Shown piece by piece: positions 53,625 to 62,772 of a DNA stretch of 64,000 bases; the stretch's first letter is position 1, and each line of letters starts with the position of its first letter. A program made the translations under genes and the position numbers. Source of the DNA: Octopus vulgaris (lineage: Eukaryota); assembly GCA_951406725.2 (NCBI GenBank), contig OX597826.1:29326001-29390000 (forward strand), read 5' to 3'. Below the pieces are notes generated by a model. That model searched no databases, had not been told where the DNA came from, and worked only from the letters and a program-made list of their open reading frames with translations.

Positions 53625-55910
53625 TATATATATGATGGATGTGGGTTCAAGTCCCATGGCTGGTTGTTGAGTAATTTTTCCACTTTGTAAGTGTAATTTA
53701 CCCAGTATTTTTGCTGTTCTAATGGCAAATTTGCGTTCAAAAAAATATCTAATTTGTATCCTTCAATATGTGTGTGTGTGTATGTGTATATATATATATA
53801 TGATGTGTGTGATATAATGTTATAACCTGTATTTTCAGTATTTCCGACCAGTTAGTTGGTGCCGTGGAATTCAACAAGACCGGAGATTGGATTGCTATGG
53901 GCTGTTGTGGTCTCGGTCAGTTACTGGTATGGGAATGGCAGAGTGAGACCTACATTTTAAAACAGCAGGGTCATTTCAACAATATGACCTGTCTGCAATA
54001 TTCTCCTGATGGTCAGTTTATTGCGACCGGTGGTGATGATGCGAAGGTCAGCATAAATTTTTCTTATCTTTTATATAAAATATTCTCTATATTCGTAAAG
54101 TTTATTTGCCAACAGAATGTAGCAGTCCTATAAAGGACGATGTTACTGTTGTTTTAGCCCCTGGAAAACATTATTCTTCATAGGATTGCCATATTCTGTT
54201 GGTATATATACATTACCTTCCAGTACTGTTCCTGTATGTCTCTCACTAAGAGATTTAAAACAAGTTGTTTTTCTCCATACGAGATCAGCAGTTATATGTC
54301 ACTTAAAAAATATGCAGTATTTGCAAGTAGAGAGAGCTTTCGTCCCTAGCTTGTGGTTGTCTCACACTGAGGATGGATAACATCCAGAAACCTAGGTCTG
54401 TGAGTATCACGTAAGGCCAGAGACGGAGTGATGATCTCCTTTGCAAATGCTATATAAACACAAACTGTGTGTCGATAGATACCTAGAGAAGATGTTTTCC
54501 ATATAAACATTGCCATCCATTACTGTCACTGTATATCTCTTGCTCAGAGATTTGAAACAAGTTGTTTTTCTCTATTCTTTACGTTTTTATTTATAATTCT
54601 TCAATAGCTTTTTTTCTTATATATTTCTTTATATAAAGGCACATGGCCTTATGCTTAGGGGATTGTGTTTCTGATTGTGATATGGTTTCAATTCAGGCAG
54701 TGAGGTGGCAGAACTGTGAGTATATTGGGCATGCTGCTTAGCGGCATTTTGTTCGTCTTTACGTTCTGAGTTCAAATTCCACCAAAGTGGCTTTGCCATT
54801 CATCCTTCCAGGGTCGATAAAATAAGTACCAGTTGATCACTGGGGTCGGTGTAATCGACCTATACCCCCCCTCCATAATGTGCCAAAATATGAAACCAAT
54901 ACCATGGTTTCAATTCTCATCATGGTCCAAGCCATCTCTTATTGGGAAATAAAACTTCCAAAGACTAGGTGCTTGTACAAGTCATTTGGCATGATTCTTA
55001 CTGATGGATGCTCTTACTAACACCAACCACTTCACAAGGTGTTAACCCTTTCAATACCAACTTGGCCGAAACCACCTCTGGCTCTGTAATACAAATGTCT
55101 TGTTTCCATAAGTTCTGAATTAAAATCTTCCACCAAACCTTAGTCATAATTTATGTTCCTAACACTAGCTGAATGATAACTAAGTTATTTTACTAAATTC
55201 TTTGTCATGTTTAAAATTAATTGAAAGAAATACAGAGCATCTCAACAGAAATATGGTAATAAAAAAGTTAAAGGTGCATTTTCTCATAGCACCAACAATA
55301 GACCAAACTTAAGTTAGTCACAAGCCCTAGAACTTGTGTGACCCAAGATTCACCCAGTTTCCATGACATACAAGTGGCTGAGATAACATTTCCCCAATAA
55401 ACAGGATGTCATCCTGTTGCAGGATTTATTTCCCAATGATTGCTGGAACTCTTTTACACCTGAATGCACTGCAGCAATACGAAACGAAGTGGTCTTGCTA
55501 AAAAACTCAATGCTTTGCCCAGTCTGAAAAATTGAAGCTGCAATTTTATAACCACGTGCACCAAGCCCTAACTACCAGACTGCTTGCCTTTAAACCCTAG
55601 AGAGGTTGAGTAATCCTTAATGGGGCAAAACTAGAAAGAGCTCATAATTCTATACAATATATAAGTATATTTGTCCTTTCCTTGAAGAGGTTTGTAGTAA
55701 CAATACATTTTGAAGCGATGCATTGTGGTGGTTCAACTCCACTTTGAGAGCGATTCTGATAGCCTCAGTTTGAAGAGGGCAGTTGTCCTTTTCAGAGGGT
55801 CAGTGTGGTACTCCACATCAGAGATCGTCACTATGGTTAAAAACCACCTTTGACATAACCATCAAAGTATCTGTTTCATGGTGTGTGTATCATTTTACAT
55901 GTTATGTGTT

Positions 55911-55947
<37 letters not shown>

Positions 55948-58364
55948 CAAAGTTACCTAGGTAAACAATTCTAAATTTGTAAATTTTTTCAATTTATCTC
56001 AGGTGAAAGTTTGGAATGTGATGAGTGGCTCCTGTTTTGTAACATTCTCTGAACACACGGCAGGTATCACTGGGGTGACCTTCAACCAACAAGGACAGGT
56101 GGTGCTTTCTTCCTCATTGGATGGAACAGTGCGAGCATTTGATCTGAACCGGTGAGGGTCTTTTACCTATTTCAGTATTTGATAGCTTCCACATTTAACA
56201 AGAGTTGTCTATTTAACCCTTTTGTTACCGGCTCTGGCTCTGAAGTACAAATGTCTTGCTTTCATAAATTTTGCATTAAAATATACCACCAAAACTTAGT
56301 CACAATTTATGTTCCTAACACCAGCTTAATGATAACTAACTTATTTTACTAAATTCTTGGTTATATTTAAAATAATTGAAAGAAACACAGAGCATCTCAA
56401 AATAAATACAGTAACGAAAGGGTTAACAGCTATTCAAATTGCTAAAATGATTCAGGTTAAATCATAGATTAGGCAGTATTTTTACATTAAATAATACCTG
56501 TTCTGCTTAGCATCCATTGTACAATCTCTCTGCCTTCCATCTTGTTTTTATTTTGTGCTCTGTATCCTAAGATGTTTGAGCATAAAGCATATTTCTCATT
56601 CTAAAGGGACTTGAAAGATTACTGTGGCAGGATTTCCATTGCTATATTGACAAAGATTTGCTGCAGAAGATTTTTTTTGTTTCTCTCTCCATTTTTTTAT
56701 CTCTACCTTGCCTATTCTTCCTGCAGAAGAGCATATGTTCGAAATGTAAGAGACTTAGGACTTTCCCTTCTATTTTTCCTGAGTGTAAACCTAATACAGT
56801 ATTTTTTTCACCTCATCTTTATGTACTTTTATTTTTGCACCATATATATATATACTAGCAGTATCGCCCGGCGTTGCTCGGGTTTGTTTCGACCCGCTGG
56901 AATTGGAATTTTTGAAAAGTAAAAATTTTGCATTATGTAGCTTGTTATTCTCTTCAAGTGAACATTTTTCTGGTTGAAATACACTGAAAAGTGGCGACAC
57001 AGCAGTGAAAAAATCGTAAAAAATAGGTATTTTCATAGAATAAAGCACCTGTTTGATGTAAATAATTTTTGGTGTTAACATGGTCCGATTTGAATTTTAT
57101 CTTATACGGAAGGAAGAGCAACCCTTCTATCATACTCTCAATTTTGGTCAACTTGCGCCGCAGGGTCTCAGAGGAGATAGTGTTAGTTGAAGGCTACCAA
57201 ACCTGGCGCACACAGACAACTTCAGCTTTATATAGAGAGAGATAACACACACACATTAATACACATACATACACACACACACACACGTGTGTATGGATGT
57301 ATGTATATATGTACATCTTACCACTTCTTGCCATATTTTTATCCTTCACTTCCTACACACAGACACACACACACACACACACTCACACACACACACACTC
57401 ACACACACACACACATGCACACACACACATGCACGCACACACACACACACACACACACCTTAGCTTACAATTTTCTTTCAACAATTGACACTGTCATATA
57501 TGTATATGTTTGCATGTCTATGTGTGTAAAGAGAAAGTGTGGTAATAGGCGGAGTAAAGCCTTTGAAGTGAGAGAGGGAAATCGTAAAATATTGAGTTTT
57601 CTCGAATTTTTGCTTAATTGGGGGTGAAATTGAAAGAAATTTATATGCCATGACCGAATGGAATGTACTTGGAAAAATCATAGGTAAACTCCAATGGAAG
57701 AAATTGTGTGAGGAGTAAATCGTTATGTATTTATTTGTTTCTGTTTGCTCTGTATTTTTTTTGAGTAGTGGTTTAAGGTACACTTGTAAAGAGAAAGTAG
57801 GAGAAATTATGGTAATAGCAGGAGTGAAGCAGTTGAAATTAGAGAGGCAAATCGTAAAATATTTACTTTTCTCGAATTTTTGCTTAATTGGGGGTCAAAT
57901 TGAAAAAACTTTATATGCCATGACCCAATCGAATCTACTTGTAAAAATCATAGGTAAATTCCAATTGAATAAATTCTATATTGTAGAATTGTATTAAAAA
58001 GGAACATGGGAACAGGCAGAGAAAATCTGCCTTTTATCATAAGAGATATATATATATACACACACATATTTGATTTTAGTACATGTTTTGTAAGACTCCT
58101 TTACGTGAACTCAGGTTTTAAAATAGATGTTGTTATCTCTTGGTAGGGTCATTATGCCAATAATAAATACACACTGGTTCTATTTCACTTCTTTTATTAT
58201 TAGTAGACTATTCATTAGCATATAACTAATTAACTGTTTAAATAATCATCAGTCATATTCTATCAGTCAATCAATGAGCTAAGTTTGTCAAAGCCCTTTC
58301 ATTGTCAATGACATCATTGACATGCCCTCTCTATTCCATATATGTCTGTCTGTCTATCTATCTA

Positions 58365-58402
<38 letters not shown>

Positions 58403-61400
58403 CATACACACACACATAAATGTTTGCCCCTTTTTTTCAATTCCTTCACTTATTTTCTTCCAGTTATCGAAATTTCCGGACATTTACCTCTCCGCAAGCT
58501 GCCCAGTTTTCCTGTTTAACAGTTGACCCCAGTGGAGAAATTGTGTGTGCTGGAACTGTGGACTCATTTGAGATTTATGTCTGGTCCATGAAAACTGGAC
58601 GTCTGCTCGATGTATTGTCTGGACACGAAGCCCCTATCTCTGACCTTAGCTTCAGCCCATCTCGAGCATTGCTGGCCAGTGGTTCCTGGGATAAAACTGT
58701 CAAGTTATGGGACATTTTTGAAAACAAAGGAGCAAGGGAAACTCTGACTTTAAATGCCGATGGTAATTATGACACTTAATTAAAATTCTTTATTTTTATG
58801 TTGATTCATCATGTCAGGTGAATGGGCTGGAGGTGTAACGACATATTGTCATCAGTAGTAGTACTGTAAAATTAACCCTTAAACAACAAACATCATGAAT
58901 TGATGTTTCCAAATGACCTCCGAGCCATCTCCTTTCTCAGATGCATCTAAGCATAAGTGGCTCTTATTGATAGGAAGAATCAAGTTGCAAAAGGAAGATT
59001 TATACAATGATGAAGAAGAAATCTGGGATTATATTGTCTAATATGTCCTTTTATTTATTTTTCTTTTAAGATACTAGAATGTGATTTCAGGTGATTTTCT
59101 TGTTGTTTATAACGAGACAAGCAATCACTGTGGAGACTTCTTTGTTAACACATGTACAAGAGCAATTAACAACGGAGTGAGGATACACTAATGAAGTTAA
59201 TGAAATAATAGTTTCTGTTACCCTCAACAATCTAATTAATGCTGAAGGTGGCATTGACAGAAGTACAGTATGAGTTGTTACAGTGAAGGATGGGTGGAAG
59301 AACTCATGGGTGCTGTTAGCAATGTTGACAACAAAGAATCTCTTTGCCTCTGTAAAAGACTGATCTCTTTGTAAAGAGGTTGCTGCTGTGTTAGTGAAGT
59401 ATGGAGAGTTATAGAGAGAAGGGAGGTAAATAGGGGTTCGTTGGAAATGTTAATGCTGCTATTGCTGTTGAGCAAACGGTCTTCGTCCCTGTGGTGGGAG
59501 AAGTCCGAAACGTGGTCCTTTGCTATTTGTAAGACCTGCAGAAGAGAAAGCAGGTCAACCCCCAACACCGAGAGCATCGACGGATGGATGAGTGTGCATC
59601 CAGGCTCAGCGGTTGCGTAGGAAGTCGGGGACAAGAAACAGGAGGAAAGAGTGAGAGAAAGTTGGGGCGAAAGAGTACAACAGGGGTCACCACCCCACCC
59701 CCTGCCAGAGCCTCGTGGAGCTTTAGGTGTTTTCGCTCAATAAACAATCACAACGCCCGGTCTGGGAATCGAAACCGCGATCCTCCGACCGCGAGTCCGC
59801 TACCCTAACCACTGAGCCATTGCGCCTCCACTGTTAATGCTGCTGGTGGTTGAGCCACAACAGAATAACAGTTACATAATAACTATTGCAGCCATGTTTG
59901 AATTTCTGATTTATGTGGCTACCTTAACATTACAGTTTATATCCTTGTTGTAATCACATGTCATCATTTCACTTTGCCATCATCTCACACCACTGTCATC
60001 TCACGTCGGCTTCATCATGCATTACTGTCATCATCATCGTCTCATGACACCATCATCATCATCATCATACATAATATACTTCATTTCTCTGTCATCTCCC
60101 CCTTTTCTTTTATAGTTTTGGCTCTTGCATTTCGTCCTGATGGGGGTCAGTTGGCCGTTGCAACTCTCAACGCTTCTATAACATTTTGGGACTCACAGTC
60201 TGCTGTCCAGACTGGCTCAATTGAAGGACGACATGATTTGGGTTATTTCCGCAAACTGGAAGATAAAATAACTGCCAAAAAATCAGCAGCTGGACAGTAA
60301 GTTTTTTTTTTTTTTATCTTTTAATTTATGTTTACCAACTCTGTTACTTTATTTTATTGTATTTTAAGTTTTTTTATTTCTATTTTCTTTCTCTTGGCTT
60401 TTATTTATTTGTTCTTCATAGCTTTATCTCATTGCAAACTCTGACCAGTCATTAACGTTTAGCAATGTTTGAACCAAATTAATACTGAAAGGGATGACCC
60501 TTGGGAAACCTAGGTGCTAGGTATAAATGTGGTGGTATGTTTTAGAAGTTCCCTTTACAACTTGGGGATTTGGGACTGAAAACCACTGCATGGCTCTTTC
60601 AACATGTATCTTATTGCTTCGTGTGTAAAACTGTAGAGAAGCCTGCTGTATGTATATTATATATATATGTCATCATTATCATGGGCCTCACAGTGGCAAT
60701 GATGAATGACCGAGACCTTTGGCATTCTGTCGTGCTTGAGAAGAAGACCCACCAAGCCAAGTAAAATCGCAATCATGCCAGATACTGGTGTCATGCAAAT
60801 GGCACCCATGCCAGTGGCATGTAAAAGCAGCCTTTACACTCTCGGAGTGGATGGCATTAAGAAGGGCATCCAGCCATAGAAACCATGCCAAATCAGGCTG
60901 GAATGTGGTGCAGCCTGCAGCCCCTCAGCTTACCAGCCCTGGTCAAACTGTCCAACCCATGCCAGCATGGACAACAGATGATGATGATCATCATCATCAA
61001 TTTAACATCTACTTTTCCATGCTTGCATGAGTCAGACAAGGGTATATTGAGGGTAAAGTTTTCTTTTGACAGCATGTCCTTCATGTTGCAAGGGTCTCTC
61101 TTCCAAGTGAGAAAATAATCTCTCAGTCTATCAGACAACAAACAGTTTGGACACCTTATGAAAAAGGCTTTGTGTCTGCCAAGATCACATGAAGCATGTT
61201 CAGAAACCCAGTCATGTTTCCTTGGTGAACTGCAAGCAAATGCCATTGTTAGCGAAGCTATTGTTTAATAATCAGTGAAGAAACACTTGTAAATAAGGAT
61301 ATAGTAACTCCTTCAAGCAAATATCGACAAATAGGTACAATCATTGATTATGTGATTAAGAAGCTTACTTTCTAATATCAGGGTCTTCGGTTCAGTCTCA

Positions 61401-61702
61401 CCGCACAACACCTTAGCCAAGAGTCTTCACAAAGCCAAAGGAGTTTGAAGGGACATGCCCATGATCCATCAAATATCCATTTCCATTTCTTTTCCCTATT
61501 ACTGTGACAGTGGTCGGTGGGATATGGTTAATCTTTCACTCTGTTATTTTTCAGGGCATTTAACACCATTTGTTATTCAGCCGATGGGAAAGCTATACTT
61601 GCTGCCGGCCGTTCCAAAAATGTCTGCATTTATTCAGTAGAAGACCAAATTCTTATGAAAAAGTTTGAAATTTCTTGCAACAAATCCTTTGACGGAATGG
61701 AG
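30490..61702 (+). CDS. PWP2: PWP2/UTP1 WD40-repeat SSU processome (UTP-B) protein, partial multi-exon gene (13 exons in window; first and last exons not found)
   Basis: 13 GT-AG bounded exons of 113,95,100,144,136,127,76,162,208,149,299,181,148 nt join with compatible phases into one open frame of 646 codons. Recognisable PWP2 motifs: [62 protein letters not shown]. Confidence 0.97.
33693..33937. mobile_element. hAT (Charlie-like) MITE with 8-bp target-site duplication
   Basis: CAGTGGTTCCCAA...TTAGGAGTCACTG flanked by CTATAAAC at 33685-33692 and 33938-33945. Confidence 0.85.
36375..37045 (+). mobile_element. Decayed L1/Tx1-type LINE 3' fragment
   Basis: [18 protein letters not shown] (36412-36465) fits the CX2C-x8-H-x4-C zinc knuckle of L1/Tx1 ORF2; followed by a T-rich UTR ending in aataaaataaa. 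Confidence 0.55.
37062..37422. mobile_element. Helentron-associated (HINE/DINE-1-like) element
   Basis: Palindrome GCACTC-aga-GAGTGC, subterminal ACCTCTGCC, (ACAA)n tract and terminal hairpin TACCTCTACCTT-cgct-AAGGTGGAGGTA. Confidence 0.65.
37425..38553. mobile_element. Family-A SINE cluster: one minus copy then about 4 plus copies ending at the PWP2 exon 3 acceptor
   Basis: Minus copy 37425-37620; plus train 37680-38553. Confidence 0.85.
38573..38667 (+). CDS. PWP2: PWP2 exon 3: [31 protein letters not shown]
   Basis: ttctcag acceptor, gtgagt donor, phase 2 to 1. Confidence 0.95.
41504..41603 (+). CDS. PWP2: PWP2 exon 4: [32 protein letters not shown]
   Basis: ttctag acceptor, gtgagt donor, phase 1 to 2. 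Confidence 0.95.
44476..44706. mobile_element. mariner-type MITE with TA target-site duplication
   Basis: TA-TTGGGTCGGTGCATAATTATTGCGGCTTTTTT...AAAAAAGCCACAATAATTATGCACCAACCCAG-TA; inverted repeats over 50 bp, resembling Hsmar1/MADE1-type termini. Confidence 0.85.
45354..45497 (+). CDS. PWP2: PWP2 exon 5: [16 protein letters not shown]...[16 protein letters not shown]
   Basis: ttacag acceptor, gtcagt donor, phase 2 to 2. Confidence 0.95.
46903..47038 (+). CDS. PWP2: PWP2 exon 6: [16 protein letters not shown]...[18 protein letters not shown]
   Basis: ttccag acceptor; followed by GTATCCTTTT (U12-type donor); phase 2 to 0. Confidence 0.95.
47039..48251 (+). other. U12-type (minor spliceosome) GT-AG intron of PWP2
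   Basis: 5' splice site GTATCCTTT at 47039; branch motif TTCCTTAAC at 48227-48235, ending 16 nt before the intron end (CAG at 48249-48251); reading frame kept across the junction. Confidence 0.92.
48252..48378 (+). CDS. PWP2: PWP2 exon 7: [42 protein letters not shown]
   Basis: ttcag acceptor after the U12 branch site; gtacct donor; acidic linker as in PWP2 orthologues; phase 0 to 1. Confidence 0.9.
49383..49734. mobile_element. Second piggyBac-like MITE family, interrupted by an RTE 3' tail
   Basis: TTAA-CCCTTTAGCATT...AATGCTAAAGGG-TTAA; RTE tail at about 49550-49712; decayed relative at about 28935-29545. Confidence 0.8.
50550..50851 (-). mobile_element. tRNA-headed SINE-like element with Penelope-type hammerhead remnant
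   Basis: A box TGGCATAGTGG (50803-50813), B box GAGTTCGATTCC (50759-50770); downstream CTGAAGA...GAAA motif (50637-50668); 19-bp inverted repeat 50580-50598 / 50833-50851. Confidence 0.6.
51259..51334 (+). CDS. PWP2: PWP2 exon 8: [24 protein letters not shown]
   Basis: ttacag acceptor, gtgagg donor; phase 1 to 2 exactly bridges exons 7 and 9. Confidence 0.85.
51775..52280 (+). mobile_element. Array of about 3 family-A SINEs
   Basis: Same unit, head to tail. Confidence 0.8.
52493..52654 (+). CDS. PWP2: PWP2 exon 9: [10 protein letters not shown]...[36 protein letters not shown]
   Basis: tttcag acceptor, gtgggt donor, phase 2 to 2. Confidence 0.93.
53410..53632. repeat. Higher-order repeat [(CATA)n-GGGCC-(AT)n] x4
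   Basis: CATAGGGCCAT recurs near 53415, 53467, 53513 and 53557 between microsatellites. Confidence 0.9.
53839..54046 (+). CDS. PWP2: PWP2 exon 10: [36 protein letters not shown]...TGGDDAK
   Basis: tttcag acceptor, gtcagc donor; highly conserved PWP2 segment. Confidence 0.97.
54204..54572 (+). mobile_element. Retrozyme-like or Penelope-derived non-autonomous element with 72-bp direct terminal repeats
   Basis: 54204-54275 and 54501-54572 align without gaps (61/72 identical), period 297 bp, with a hammerhead in the middle. Confidence 0.6.
54361..54404 (+). ncRNA. Type I hammerhead ribozyme (minimal helix III, Penelope/retrozyme type)
   Basis: CTCACA | CTGAGGA | TGGAT-aac-ATCCA | GAAA | C-ctag-G | TC^ | TGTGAG. 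Helix I CTCACA/TGTGAG, core CUGANGA and GAAA, helix II 5 bp, palindromic helix III loop, GUC cleavage triplet ending at 54398. Confidence 0.8.
55046..55267. mobile_element. piggyBac-like MITE (same family as 4385-4595, opposite orientation)
   Basis: TTAA flanks at 55042 and 55268; internal sequence is the reverse complement of the 4.4 kb copy. Confidence 0.8.
56003..56151 (+). CDS. PWP2: PWP2 exon 11: [25 protein letters not shown]...[14 protein letters not shown]
   Basis: tctcag acceptor, gtgagg donor, phase 0 to 2. Confidence 0.97.
56217..56422. mobile_element. piggyBac-like MITE 65 nt downstream of PWP2 exon 11
   Basis: TTAA-CCCTTT...AAAGGG-TTAA. Confidence 0.85.
56855..57242 (-). mobile_element. 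Non-autonomous Helitron
   Basis: On the minus strand: 5' TC start, subterminal hairpin CCCGAGC-AAC-GCCGGG (56867-56882), 3' CTAG end, inserted between A and T with no target-site duplication. Confidence 0.8.
57520..57975. repeat. Diverged direct repeat of about 200 bp (about 260 bp period)
   Basis: TGTAAAGAGAAAGT...TTTTCTCGAATTTTTGCTTAATTGGGGGT...AAAATCATAGGTAAA occurs twice. Confidence 0.8.
58464..58762 (+). CDS. PWP2: PWP2 exon 12: [10 protein letters not shown]...[30 protein letters not shown]
   Basis: ttccag acceptor, gtaatt donor; WD40 repeats. Confidence 0.97.
59461..59831 (-). mobile_element. Young tRNA-derived SINE with 13-bp target-site duplication
   Basis: A box TGGCTCAGTGG (59809-59819) and B box GGTTTCGATTCCC (59764-59776) on the minus strand; CpG-rich; flanked by TGTTAATGCTGCT at 59448-59460 and 59832-59844. 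Confidence 0.85.
60116..60296 (+). CDS. PWP2: PWP2 exon 13: [18 protein letters not shown]...[27 protein letters not shown]
   Basis: ttatag acceptor, gtaagt donor, phase 1 to 2. Confidence 0.97.
61555..61702 (+). CDS. PWP2: PWP2 exon 14: [26 protein letters not shown]...[15 protein letters not shown]
   Basis: tttcag acceptor, gtaaat donor, phase 2 to 0. Confidence 0.96.
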
Positions 61703-62366
61703 GTAAATATTTTCGTATGTGTGTGTGTATGGTGTGAGTGTAATTTTCTGAGCTGTTTCATTATTTGATACAAGGCCATTATTCATAGTAGTAGTGGTGG
61801 TTGTGGTGCTGGTGGTTATTTAACCCTAGGTCAGATATTTGATAGGCTTGTGGTCAACAAAACTATATCAGCAGCAATCATCTTAATTTATTTTTTTGCA
61901 TATCCAAGATTTTGCTATCATCAGTGTAATTTTTTTTCTAAGTGGTAGGATGTGGTTTCAGAGATACTCGGCTGCTTTTTCTAACAGGTTGAGCTGTCCT
62001 CATTTGTTCCAGTGTATTGTGATACAACAGACAACAGTTGTGTAAATGACGATGATAATAATGATGACAGTGATAATGGTCTTTGATATGGGAACAAAAG
62101 CAGAAAATTTGAGGAAAGGGGCTTAGCTGATACCATTGAGCCCAGTAATTTATTTTATAGTGGCAAACTGGCAGAATCATTAGAATGTAAAGATGGGCGA
62201 ATGCCACCAAGCGTTTTTGTCCAGTATTCTGTGTTCAAATCCTGCTATGGTTGAGTTTTCCTTTCATTCTTATGGGGGTTGATAAAATAAGTACCAGTCA
62301 AATACTGGGGTCGATGTAATCGGCTGCTCCTCTCCCCCATAAACTGCTGGCCTTGTACCTAAATTT

Positions 62367-62772
62367 AGGAGCAGCTGTGTGGTAAGTAGCTTGCTTACCA
62401 ACCACATGGTTCCGGGTTCAGCCCCACTATGTGGCACCTTGGACAAGTGTCTTCTACTATAGTCTCGGGCCGACCAAAGCCTTGTGAGTGGGTTTGGTAG
62501 ATGGAAACTGAAAGAAGCCCATCGTGTGTGTGTGTATATATATATATGTGTGTGTGTATGTGTATATGTTTGTGTGTCTGTTTGTCCCCCACACCAACAT
62601 CGCTTAACAACCGATGCTAATGTGTTTACATCCCCGTAACTTAGTGGTTCGGCAAAAGAGATCGATAAAATAAGTACTAGGCTGAAAAAGAATAAGTCCT
62701 GGGGTGGATTTGCTCGACTAAAGGTGGTGCTCCAGCATGGCCGCAGTCAAATGACTAAAACAAGTAAAAGAT
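62367..62772 (+). mobile_element. Family-B SINE, near full length
   Basis: Collinear with the 29105-29500 copy. Confidence 0.85.

Noticed and set aside
59278-59808. ORFs of 118, 74 and 74 aa in intron 12
   Set aside because: They span the SINE insertion boundary or lie inside the SINE.
59755-59831. tRNA gene
   Set aside because: A and B boxes are present but the acceptor stem does not close, and the sequence continues into a SINE body bounded by a target-site duplication. The same reasoning applies to 50748-50820.
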